Below are positions 1 through 10,082 of a stretch of 64,000 bases of DNA, piece by piece. Location: assembly GCA_000004985.1 (NCBI GenBank), contig GG738865.1, one strand, 5' to 3'. Each line of letters starts with the position of its first letter. The stretch's first letter is position 1. The notes under the pieces were generated by a model. It was not told where the DNA came from, made no database searches, and saw only the letters and a list, made by a program, of their open reading frames with translations. A program made the position numbers and the translations under genes. Source of the DNA: Naegleria gruberi. Its lineage: Eukaryota.

Positions 1-9
1 AACAAAAAA

Positions 10-3000
10 ATGAAGTTGTTTGATGGTGGACAAAATAAACAACTACATCAGCGACGTGGTTTTGATGGGTTGAAATGTGTAATCATTTTGATGATGACAA
101 TTTTCTCTTTAATTTATGTAATTTCTGCTAATAATAGCAGCACTGATCAAGTTAGGAGCAAGCTTGATATTGAATTAAAAGCAACATGGAAGGAAACATC
201 ATTGTTGATGGAAGCTTTGTAAGTTTTAAATTTTCGGAATTTGTTTATCGGAATTTATTATTTAGTGAATATTTTTCTGATAAATTGCCAGATCGCAAGA
301 CATCTTTTTTAAAGTCAATCCCTTGTGAAAAAGTTGATCAGATCAAGAATGATAGAAATGCTATTTTGACTCTTGCTCAACAAAGCAAAGCTACTGTTGC
401 TGAAGTTTCACTTCTCGATTTTGCACTCGATACTAGACATTATTCTCCAAGAGTTAAAGTTCAATACACCAAGAATACGAACATTGTTAAATCGAATTTA
501 AATACCATTGTTCCTAAGAATGTTGAGGATATTGAAGTTTTGGATCATACTTTTAACATTAATTCCGAAACACAAATTAATTTTATTTATTCAGACATCA
601 CAACACAAGAGGGATGTAAATTTGTAAAGGAAAATATTGATTCAATTAAACCAATCGTTTTACGATTGGTAAGACTTGATTCAACAGGTTCAATTGACAA
701 GGAAGAAATGATAAAGGAAAAATACATGGAAGAAGCCTCAAGTGATTTACTCTCTATTCGTGGTTATGGTGTGGAATTACAAATCAAAAATATGGAATAC
801 AAACAAACTGCCGACGATGATGTTGTTAGTGGAAATGACACCTTCTATAAGGGTGTTAACTTTAACAAGTTGAAGAAGAATTATCCTCACTTGTCAAATG
901 ACTTGGATACCCTCAAGCTTCACATTCAACAAAGTGATTCCAAATCGGAGAAGCTTAAGGTTTGGGAAATGAAATATTTTGGTGTACAAGCAATGAAAAA
1001 GATTAGCGACCAACCTTCATTTGATGAAAAAATCAAAATGTTACAAGATATTTCACAAAACTTCCCAAGTTACATGAAAGAATTGAAGAATACAGCATTT
1101 GAAAACAGTTTTAAAGACCAAATCCAATCACATTTGTCCAGATATGATGGAGAATTCAAGTCTAGAAATCCAAACAATCCACAAGAAGTTATTAGAAGAA
1201 ATGCTTTGTTTTTGAATGGTTTAGAGTTGGATCTTACAAAGTTGTCTGTCTTCTCTTTGTTTGAAACTATGGATAAGGAATTGAAGCTTGTCAAGTCCCT
1301 TTCATCAGATTATCATCTTAGTTCCAATTCTGTTGAATCAGTCTTGTTTACTCCTTCTACTGCTAGCAAGGACTTGAGATTCAAGTTCTCCTCTGAATTA
1401 GAAAAGCAAGTTATTTGGTTCAATAATATTGAAAGTGATAGTTACAATAACTTCCCAAGAGATCTCAAGTCAATGCTCCATCCAACCATGTATGGACAAA
1501 TGAGATTTGTAAGAAGAAATTTGTTCAATGTTGTTTTCATTTTGGATCCTGCAAGTACACAAAAACAAGTAGCCCAATTACTTTACATCCTTGGTAACAT
1601 TATGAACAGAGGTTATCCAATTAGAATTGGTGCCTTGTTTATTCCAAAAGTTTCTTCCGGTTTTGTTGACGTTGACCTTACTGGATCATCCTCTGCCTCC
1701 CCTGAAACTGTTGATGAATTGTCTTTGCACGCTGTTTCTTTATTGGAACGTATGGCTAAGGAAAACAGAGCTGTTTTCCCAATTCTTAGGGAATTTATGG
1801 ATAGAGAATCCTTTGATAGTCAATTTGTTGATGATCTTCAAAAAAGATTCTTTGGCTCTGTAAGATTAATGTCGCAACAAGAACTTATTAGTAGATACAG
1901 AAGTTTTACAAATATGGGATTTGATGTTAAGTCATCTCCAATTGTAATGGTAAACGGTGCTGTAATTCAAGGCGAGGAGCAAGACTCTGGTGACCAACTT
2001 GTAATGAAGGGAGTTAGAGAACAATACGATGCTGTTAAGAATTTAATTGAAAATAATGTAGTTGTAGATAATGACAAGAACCTATTGGAAAAGATAATTA
2101 ACCACTATGGTGGGTTTGATAAGTTCAACTCTGAAATCTTCAGTAAGAAACAATATGGTATTGTATCCTTGGGTGATATTGATCAAATTAATTTTGTTCA
2201 ACATCCTGAAAGTGGAGGAGTTGTTAAAAAGACACACATTGTCTGTGTAGGTGATAACCAAGACGCATCATTATTAGTTAAGGAAGCTATTTCATTCATC
2301 TCCAAAAATCAGAAGACAAGAATTGGTTTCTTGAATGTTGCTGATTCTAGTTTTTCATCTCTTGCTAAATACCATGTTCTCTACAAACCTAATGGATCTA
2401 ATCAATTATCTGGTAAGAATTTCTGTTCCAAACACTTTAATGCCAAAGAATCTGGTATTATTTCTATGAATGGTAGAATCATCCCGCTTACTAATTTATT
2501 TACAAGCAAAGATATTACTATTCTTGATGCCTTCGAGGATGTTAACTCTGCCATTATTTCTACAATTGAATCAAATTCCTACTCAACTGTTGACCCTGAT
2601 ATTGTAACAAGTGATTACTTGAGCGATGTTCTCTTTGGTGTTTCATCTGTATTGAAGGTCTTCAATCAGTATAAGAGACAAGATTTGAACCATGTTCAAT
2701 CAAGCAGTGTTGCTACTCTTGAAACTGAGTCAAATCCATCTGCAGAAATCAAGTTGATTGCCATCCTCAATCCACTCTCCAAATTTGCTCAAAAAATTTC
2801 TCCACTTATTAGATTTGTTAAGGAAAAGCTTGGAAAATCTGTAAACGTGGTTGTTCATCTTAATCCAGATCTTGAAACTTCAAATTTACCTCTTCAAAGT
2901 TATTACACATATGTTTTATCTGGGTCAAGTGTTGCAGAATTCAATACTAGATTCTCAGATGTTAAAGGACGTATTTTCACCATGTGGATGGATGTTCCAG

Positions 3001-4400
3001 AATCTTGGTTGGTTGATAGTACTTACGCTAAAGAAGATTTGGATAACTTGAAGCTCGATGAATGTGCCTCTCAAAAGTGTTATGCTCGCTTCCAATTGGA
3101 ATACTTTGTTGCTTCAGGTACATGTATTGATGATAATGGAAGACCAGTTAGAGGATTACAATTACAACTGGTCCACAACTATGGTGTCAATGCTACAAAT
3201 GTTGACGATACTACATTGGTTATGGCAAACTATGGTTATTTCCAACTTAGAGCTTCTTCACCAAATATTTATTCTGTTAACCTTCCAAAGGGTAGACACT
3301 CTGATATTTATTCTGTTCAATCCACTAAGCAAGTAGATTTCTACTCTCAAAGTGAATTGCAACATTCTGATGGATATGGAAGTGCTGATACAAAGAAATT
3401 CCTTATTTCAGTTCATTCATTTGATGCACCATTTGCAAGAGTTGTTGTTAAGAGAAATAGTGGAATGGAAAAGGAAGATCTTTTAGCACCTACTCCATCT
3501 TCTGGTGGCTGGAGTTCATGGCTCTCTTCTAACAGCAACCAAGAAAAGAAGACCATTCACATTTTCTCTTTGGCATCAGGTTTGATGTATGAAAGATTGT
3601 TAAAGATTATGATCTTGTCAGTAAGAAAGCATTTGAAGAGAAGTGATGTCAAAGTCAAATTCTGGTTCTTGAAGCAATTCTTATCTCCTTCTTTGAAGCA
3701 ATTCTTACCAGAATATGCCAAAGCTTACAACTTTGAATACGGTTTAATCAGCTACCAATGGCCTCACTGGCTTCATAAGCAACAAACCAAGCAAAGATTA
3801 ATTTGGGCCTATAAGGTTCTCTTCCTTGACGTATTATTCCCACTTCAAGAAGTTAACAAGATTATCTTTGTGGATGCTGATCAAGTTTGTAGAACTGACA
3901 TGTCAGAATTATTCTTTGATTTGGATATGCAAGGTAAAGCTTTGGCCTACACTCCTTTCTGTGAATCTAGAAAGGAGATGGATGGTTACAGATTCTGGAA
4001 GACTGGTTATTGGGCCAACCATCTCGGTGGAAGACCATACCACATTTCTGCTCTCTATGTAGTTGATATTGATATGTTTAGAAGAAATTATCATGGTGAT
4101 CAATTTAGAATGGTTTATGATAATCTTGCCAGAGATCCAAATAGTTTATCCAATCTCGATCAAGATCTTCCAAACTATGCTCAACACAATGTTCCAATTC
4201 GTTCACTTCCTCAAGAATGGTTGTGGTGTGAAAGTTGGTGTTCAGATGAAAGCAAGGCTAAAGCCAAGACAATTGATCTTTGTAACAATCCACAAACTAA
4301 GGAACACAAATTGGCAAGTGCCAAGAGAATTATTCCTGAATGGACTGATTATGATAATGAAATTAAGGATTTCCAAAAGAAATTAGTTGTTGGAAAATAA
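10..4400 (+). CDS. UDP-glucose:glycoprotein glucosyltransferase (UGGT). Two exons, 10..218 and 266..4400, with a 47-nt GTAAGT..TAG intron at 219..265.
   Basis: The N-terminal exon encodes a signal peptide (VIILMMTIFSLIYVISA). After splicing, ...KATWKETSLLMEAFEYFSDK... aligns with the UGGT N-terminus (..TTKWFSTPLLLEASEFLAE..). The C-terminus has a GT8/glucosyltransferase-24 catalytic domain (DADQVCRTDMSELF...NNPQTKEHKL). The ATG at 10 is confirmed. Confidence 0.9.
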
Positions 4401-4823
4401 AGAATTTAATTACAATTTTAAACAAATCCATTCTTAATTCACAGCACCTGTAATGGATGACTTTTTAACAAGAGATTACTGAATTGGCTTGTACTTGTTA
4501 AATGACCATATTCCCAAAAACCTCCATTGGCGGCAACTTCCCTCCTTGTGTTTTTCATTTAAACAATTAATTGCAATTTGCAATAATTCAAAATAATCTC
4601 AATTTTTTGGATTTATTTATTGGCCATTTTCTTGAGTATCAATTGTAGAAAGATATTCTTCTTTAATTGGAGTATTTTCCATCAATTTGCAAGGATCTTT
4701 AATAACAAACTCTGGTGATACATATTTGGACAAAGTAGCAATACTGGTAAATATATGACTGATGTATTTGGATTTTTGTTTTGATTCAATGGTTTTGAAT
4801 TTGAGTTTAGCATTTGAATTTTC

Positions 4824-5315
4824 TTATTCCTTGCTTGTCTTGGCCAATTCTAAAGCAAGATAACTTTGTAATTGAATGGCATCATCTAATTTCTTCTGAA
4901 GTTCAATATTTTGACTCGAAAGACGATTCACCAAATTATCTTCTTTTTTATCGTTATTACCATTAATTGAAGTGACATTTGTTTCACCAACATCCTCCTC
5001 TTTGTTCATCTCTTCAGGGTCCAAACCTAACTCACTCAATAGAAAATCATCATTTTTCCCTAAACACTTATCCAATGGTTGATTCATATGTTGTTTTTTA
5101 GGTTGCATTGGTTTTGGGTCACTGTTGATAGAACTTTCGGAATTATCTTCTTCATGTCTTTTTCTTTTATTTGATGTGGTTGAGGTGTTAAAAGTAGTAT
5201 TGTCAGCCACTTGTAAGGATGGAGACTGGTTATTGCCATTACTTACAAATTTAAAAACACCTCCAGAAATCCTTTCAAGATCGGTTGCAAATTTTGCAAA
5301 GGCGTGTTTTACCAT
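4824..5315 (-). CDS. Hypothetical protein, Ser/Asn-rich with a C-terminal coiled coil. The start is re-anchored to ATG (MVKHAFAKF...), because the ORF-track start at 5357 is a GTG.
   Basis: The reading frame is open for 177 codons. I recognise no family. It lies convergent with the UGGT 3' end. Confidence 0.4.
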   Translation of the reverse strand: MVKHAFAKFATDLERISGGVFKFVSNGNNQSPSLQVADNTTFNTSTTSNKRKRHEEDNSESSINSDPKPMQPKKQHMNQPLDKCLGKNDDFLLSELGLDPEEMNKEEDVGETNVTSINGNNDKKEDNLVNRLSSQNIELQKKLDDAIQLQSYLALELAKTSKE

Positions 5316-5601
5316 TTTTTTCAAATTGTTTTGTTGTAATGGATTCAATCGATTCACTTGTTAGCTTACAATATCTAAAAAAAGATTGTTAAAATAACTT
5401 GAACCCAATCATCCTATCATGTTAACATAACCACAAATAGAGAAAGTTTGAAAATAAAAATGTCAAAGAAGCGAAAACCACCAATACATCAACTTCAAAG
5501 AAGAAGATACGAATCGTGGCAAAAGGAAAATACCAACAGTTTTGGGTCCACTAATAAAACTGTTGAAAAACAATTAAATTTATTTAAAATTTAAAAAAAA
5601 A

Positions 5602-6027
5602 ATGTTCAAACAAGGCTATCAAAAACACAACACACTGTTATTTTCTCTTCGTACCATGAAACAAGTTACTACTTTAAATAATTTATCGATAATGTCATCA
5701 TTAGGAAGAAATTATGTCACTCTATTCGGAGCACCAAAAACTGAAAAGAAAATGCCAGTGTGGTTTCCGATTTATAGAATGATTTTTAAATTGCACAGGG
5801 AAACATTTCCTCCTTCACAATTGGCAGAAACAAATAGAATGATGAGAGAAATATTTAGAGATTATATTCACAGATATAGAAAGGAATGTTCATCTTTTGA
5901 AGAACAAGAAATATTATTGGAAGAGGCAAAAGAAAGGGCTGTATCTTATATTGAAAATTTGAGAAAAATGTCATTTGGTGGATCTGAAAAATTGGAATTA
6001 CATTCAATTGATTTTTGGGATAGGTAA
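5602..6027 (+). CDS. LYR-motif (Complex1_LYR-like) small protein. It may instead be the 5' exon of the downstream methyltransferase.
   Basis: The sequence IYRMIFKLHRETF...REIFRDYIHRYR...EEAKERAVSYIENL fits the L-Y-R / K / F spacing of LYRM proteins. The ATG at 5602 is confirmed. The ORF ends at a GTAAGC donor (6024) that can splice in frame to 6062. Confidence 0.45.
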   Translation: MFKQGYQKHNTLLFSLRTMKQVTTLNNLSIMSSLGRNYVTLFGAPKTEKKMPVWFPIYRMIFKLHRETFPPSQLAETNRMMREIFRDYIHRYRKECSSFEEQEILLEEAKERAVSYIENLRKMSFGGSEKLELHSIDFWDR

Positions 6028-6062
6028 GCATTGTTGTGGATTTAATAACTCATCCAAAAAGA

Positions 6063-6743
6063 ATGTATTCAAAAATCAAATTGGATTATGAGGAAAAAAA
6101 GAAATTGAATAATGAATTAACACTTTCTCAATATTTTGAAAATGAGAAATATTTGGAAAGGGATTGGTACGGTGAATTTTCAGTGGTAAAGAAGCATTTG
6201 AAACCAATAATGAAGAATTTGAAAAAGGATTCTACAATTTTGATTTTGGGAGCTGGACTTTCAACACTTCCTGTTGATATTTACAAAATGGGTTACAAAA
6301 ATATTGTATGCACAGACATTTCTCAAAGTTTGTGTGAAATGATGAAAGAATATTCCATTGAAGTTTTAGGAGAGAATTCAATTCAATATATTTTACAAGA
6401 TATGAGAAATATGGAAAGTACATTTGCTGAAAACTCATTTGATATTGTGATTGATAAGGCAACATTAGACTCTTTATACATGGAAGAAGATGCAGAATCC
6501 TACGAAGAAGGAATTGTTGATAAAGGAATTGAAAATGTGAGAACAGTTCAACACCAAGTCATAAGAATTTTAAAACCAAAACGTAAATGGGTTGTATTTA
6601 GCCAATACGATTACTCATTAGAACCAGAAACTGAGGAAGAATCCAAAGATGACTTGATTTCATTCGACACCCACAATTGTTCAAAAATCAGCATTACACA
6701 TGATGATGAAGAAAGTTTGTTCGTCTATGTACTAACAAAATAA
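6063..6743 (+). CDS. Class I SAM-dependent methyltransferase, EEF1A lysine methyltransferase 4 / METTL13-N-like.
   Basis: The sequence YFENEKYLERDWYGEF...ILILGAGLSTLPVDI (motif I GxGxG)...VCTDIS...FDIVIDKATLDSL matches the EEF1AKMT4 layout (YWDQRY...DWFGDF...VLGCGNS...LEKGTLDAL). The ATG is at 6063. Confidence 0.7.
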   Translation: MYSKIKLDYEEKKKLNNELTLSQYFENEKYLERDWYGEFSVVKKHLKPIMKNLKKDSTILILGAGLSTLPVDIYKMGYKNIVCTDISQSLCEMMKEYSIEVLGENSIQYILQDMRNMESTFAENSFDIVIDKATLDSLYMEEDAESYEEGIVDKGIENVRTVQHQVIRILKPKRKWVVFSQYDYSLEPETEEESKDDLISFDTHNCSKISITHDDEESLFVYVLTK

Positions 6744-6754
6744 TACACCCAATC

Positions 6755-7039
6755 TTAGTATTTGACACCATTCTTCTTTTTCCATTCAAGCCATTCTTCA
6801 ACTAATTTCGGATCCGAAAATTCATCAGCCATTGGTTGCATTCCATTGGCAATTCTTCTCTGATTTAATCTATCTCTATCTTTGAAAATTCCTTCATGTC
6901 TTCTCCACTTGGTATCGGAATCATCTTTTAATACTTTAATTGATCCAATAAAACCTGCAACTGTGATGGCAGAGAAAATAACAACAGATTTATTATTTTT
7001 AAAAAGGTGTAAAACTCCCTTTGAAAAACTGCTGGACAT
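6755..7039 (-). CDS. Small single-pass membrane protein, possibly COX16-like. The start is re-anchored to ATG (MSSSFSKGV...).
   Basis: It is 94 aa. It has a basic N-terminal segment (LFKNNKS) followed by one TM helix (VVIFSAITVAGFIGSI) and a charged tail. This architecture resembles COX16 (FRKNKT-TM-...). Similarity was judged by eye only. Confidence 0.35.
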   Translation of the reverse strand: MSSSFSKGVLHLFKNNKSVVIFSAITVAGFIGSIKVLKDDSDTKWRRHEGIFKDRDRLNQRRIANGMQPMADEFSDPKLVEEWLEWKKKNGVKY

Positions 7040-7714
7040 TTTTTTTTTAATAATTTCAAAATAAATTAAAGATAATTTAATTATTATTAAATATTCAATC
7101 AAATTATTAATGTATTAACTGGTCAACCGCAAGAATGAACCATTTCGAGAATTTCAACAAATGTGATAACCCAGATGTGTAATGTTTCTTTTAAAGCGAT
7201 AAGGGTGAATATTCATATTTGAAGCTTCGGAAAATTTCGAAATTTAGCAAACTCAACATCAATTATGAAACCTGTGAAGTCTCTTCTTCCTCAACCTTCC
7301 AATAAATAGCTTACTCATCTGTGAAACTGTTCCTTTCTCAATGATTTGGTTGAATATTACCATCACAACAATATTGAGATCAACTGATAAATGATCCACT
7401 TCAGCTCCCTCTATGTATACGGATCAATAAGCTGATTTAATATTAAACAATTCAAAAACTCCTAATGTTGTGGCCTATGAATATTGTACGCTTATGCCTG
7501 CACCTTGCTTGTTCTTTCAGGAAATTTCAACAAAAAGCAACGCTCAATTTTAGCCCATTGCCTAGTGCACGCTCTCACTTCACGCCATCAACAACCGATT
7601 GGTTCGGACATGTACCGTCGCTTAAATCCCCTGGCTTGAATCTTTAATTTGCTATTAAAAAAAAACTACCACACCTGCTCTTTGTTGCGCTTCTCGTTAC
7701 TACACAGAGAGAAA

Positions 7715-9856
7715 ATGACTGTCAGTCGTGGTGAGGATACACAATTGCTGCTTCAACAGCAAGATCAGAATAATCTCTCTTGGGATGAAATCAAACGTTT
7801 ATTGCAAGATTCGGATGCTTTCCAATTGTCAAGTACCAAAGCTTGGTCTCAAGTTTTAATGACAATTGCCTTCCTTACTCTTGGTATTGTTGCTGCTGCC
7901 ATGTTTCCATGGTATTTACTTCCAATCAGTTGGTTCTTTGTTGGCTTGTGTGCCAGTGGTTTGATGGGTGTTGCTTATGCTTGTAGTGAAAATAGATTTT
8001 TCAATCAAAAGACAATGCCAAGTTGGGTCAATGATTTGGTTGGTATGATTTGCATGTTGCCATTGCTTTATCCATTTGAAGCTTTTAAGACCTTGGCAAA
8101 CAAGTCAGAAGAAGAAAAATCACAAAATGTCAATCAAGAAGATGAAGGTTTTGTTATGAAAGCTTTGGCTTTTGTTTTGAAGAGTCCATTGTGGTTTTTG
8201 AGTTCAATCTTTGATTGGTTCAGAGCTAACATTTATTTTGAAACTAAGAAGAGTATTGTTATCAATGCAGTTGTTCTCTATGTATTTGCTGCTGCATTCT
8301 TCTCTTTGATGGTTTACTTTGTTGGTTTGTGGGGATTGGTCAAGTTCTATGTTGCTCCACTTATTGCCTACCATTTGATCAACTCTACTTTTATGAAGGT
8401 CAATGATGCTGATGCTAAGAAGAATACCATTACTCATTTCCCATCTATTATTGAATTCTTGACTAACTATGCCAACCATTCTTATAGAATCAAGTTGAAG
8501 TGGAACAAGAAGGCCAATAATAACAATGAAACAATTACTCAAAACTTGAAGGAAAAGTTGATCAAGGTTGTTCCAAACTATAACTGGAATAAGGCTAAGA
8601 ATGCTCTCTGTGAAAAGTTTGGTAAGAATTTGGAAGGTATTGGTGGTACTACTTTCTTCTCTGATTTGGGAAAGACTTTTGAAAATGAAGTTGATTTGAG
8701 AAATATTGACTGGTTCATCACCATTTACTTGATTGGATCCGTTGTTGGTACTATTTATGGTGTTATGACTTGTGCTTTCAACTGGAAGACTTATGTTTTG
8801 AGCTTTGTTGGATATTACATTGCTGGTATTGGTATTACTGCTGGTTATCACAGAGTTTTTGCTCATCGTTCCTGTAAGGCAACATGGCCAGTTAGAGTTT
8901 TCTTAATGTTACTCGGTACAAGTGCTTTCCAAGGAAGTGTTGTTTCTTGGTCAGCTGATCACCGTAGACACCATCAATATGTTGATACTGAAAGAGATCC
9001 ATACAATATTAAGAACTCTTTCTTCTATGCTCACATGGGATGGTTGATGTGGAAGAGAGAAGTTGATACTACAAATGCTAAGGATTTACTTTCTGATCCT
9101 GTTATCAAATTCCATCATGAATATTATCCATATTTGGCTGTCTTTTTGGGATATTTGTGTCCAATGCTGATTGCTGGTTTATGTTGGGGCGATTATTATG
9201 GTGGCTTCTTCATCGCAGGTGTCTTGTCAAAGACTTTCCTCCAACATTGTACTTTCTTTATTAACAGTTTGGCTCACTCTTGGGGTGTTTCCACTTTCAA
9301 TGACGATCACACAGCTTGTGATTCATATATGGTCAGTTTGTTCACTTTTGGTGAAGGTTATCACAATTTCCATCACACATTCGCCTACGATTACAGAAAT
9401 GGTGTTCGTTGGTATCACTATGACCCAGGCAAATGGCTTCTCTATATGTTCTCTCTCTTTGGCATGACCTATGATTTGAAACGTTGTGATCCAATTCACT
9501 ACGAAAAGGGTAAACTTATCATGATGCAAAAGAGAATCGATGAAGAACAAAAGAAGATTGATGAAGAAAAGAAACTTTATGATTGGGGTACTCCTCTTGA
9601 AAAGTTGCCAACCAAATCATATGAAGAATTCCAAAAGGATTGCAAGACCAAATCTTTAATCATTATTGATAATGTTGTCCATGATGTCACTAACTTTATT
9701 GGTGAACATCCAGGTGGTGAAACTATCTTGAAAGCTTATCTTGGTAAGGATGCCACTAAGGCCTTCAAGGGTGATGTTTACTTGCACACTAACGTTGCCA
9801 AGAATATTTTGGCTCAAATCAGAATTTACAAACTTGCTCCCCAAAAGAGTGATTAA
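7715..9856 (+). CDS. Acyl-CoA delta-9 desaturase (OLE1 type) with a C-terminal cytochrome b5 domain and an N-terminal degenerate FAD2-like domain.
   Basis: The delta-9 histidine boxes are intact: HRVFAHR, HRRHHQY and HNFHHTF. Alignment to yeast OLE1 is clear (ITAGYHR.., GEGYHNFHH.., DYRN..WYHYDP). The cyt b5 motif HPGGE..LGKDAT.AF is present near the C-terminus. The ATG at 7715 is preferred over the upstream TTG. The N-terminal 230 aa aligns to delta-12/FAD2 desaturases, but the His boxes are replaced (HECGHH to ACSENR, HRRHH to ANKSE, HVAHH to LIAYH). Confidence 0.9.
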   Translation: MTVSRGEDTQLLLQQQDQNNLSWDEIKRLLQDSDAFQLSSTKAWSQVLMTIAFLTLGIVAAAMFPWYLLPISWFFVGLCASGLMGVAYACSENRFFNQKTMPSWVNDLVGMICMLPLLYPFEAFKTLANKSEEEKSQNVNQEDEGFVMKALAFVLKSPLWFLSSIFDWFRANIYFETKKSIVINAVVLYVFAAAFFSLMVYFVGLWGLVKFYVAPLIAYHLINSTFMKVNDADAKKNTITHFPSIIEFLTNYANHSYRIKLKWNKKANNNNETITQNLKEKLIKVVPNYNWNKAKNALCEKFGKNLEGIGGTTFFSDLGKTFENEVDLRNIDWFITIYLIGSVVGTIYGVMTCAFNWKTYVLSFVGYYIAGIGITAGYHRVFAHRSCKATWPVRVFLMLLGTSAFQGSVVSWSADHRRHHQYVDTERDPYNIKNSFFYAHMGWLMWKREVDTTNAKDLLSDPVIKFHHEYYPYLAVFLGYLCPMLIAGLCWGDYYGGFFIAGVLSKTFLQHCTFFINSLAHSWGVSTFNDDHTACDSYMVSLFTFGEGYHNFHHTFAYDYRNGVRWYHYDPGKWLLYMFSLFGMTYDLKRCDPIHYEKGKLIMMQKRIDEEQKKIDEEKKLYDWGTPLEKLPTKSYEEFQKDCKTKSLIIIDNVVHDVTNFIGEHPGGETILKAYLGKDATKAFKGDVYLHTNVAKNILAQIRIYKLAPQKSD

Positions 9857-10082
9857 ACTTTCCGATATTAATTTTTGAAGCAGAATTAGACATTGCACCA
9901 TTACACAATAAATAATAACCAAGTTCTGTTCTCAAAATTAATCAAAAACTCTTTTAGATTGCAATTTGCATACAATTATTTGTACAAACCTATGAAACAA
10001 CAAGTTATTTTTCGAAGGCTTTAAGGCATTCCTTAATGTTTCTAACCGCCATCCGCAGAAAGCAAACAAAAAAAACACAAAA

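Noticed and set aside
4556-4580. Tandem TTGCAA-T-TTGCAA palindromic hexamers in the convergent 3' intergenic region after UGGT.
   Set aside because: It is a short AT-rich low-complexity motif of the kind common in 3' UTRs. There is no further copy or flanking structure suggesting a regulatory element or mobile-element terminus.
5357-5357. ORF-track 'M' starts at TTG/GTG codons, for example at 5357, 14037, 15393, 21707, 26370, 31335, 36487, 46551, 59752 and 60177.
   Set aside because: The ORF caller evidently accepts alternative start codons. I treated these as artefacts. Genes were re-anchored to the first in-frame ATG, or the fragments were joined to upstream exons by GT..AG introns.
7441-7640. 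Possible tRNA in the GC-rich island (GGTTCGGAC resembles a T-arm).
   Set aside because: I could find no acceptor-stem pairing, no GTTCGAATC T-loop consensus, and no A/B box spacing.
7686-7700. CGCTTCTCG, resembling the 5' end of U2 snRNA, in the desaturase leader.
   Set aside because: It is only a 9-nt match. The downstream sequence does not continue the U2 branch-site-recognition or Sm-site sequences. It is most likely chance within a 5' UTR.
8204-8866. A 220-codon antisense ORF inside the desaturase gene, and similar antisense or overlapping ORFs (1070..1294, 9323..9550, 16341..16529, 22175..22591, 30047..30451, 47149..47403).
   Set aside because: They lie opposite well-supported conserved coding sequence. 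They have low-complexity, non-protein-like translations and no start context. This is typical shadow-ORF behaviour of biased coding DNA.
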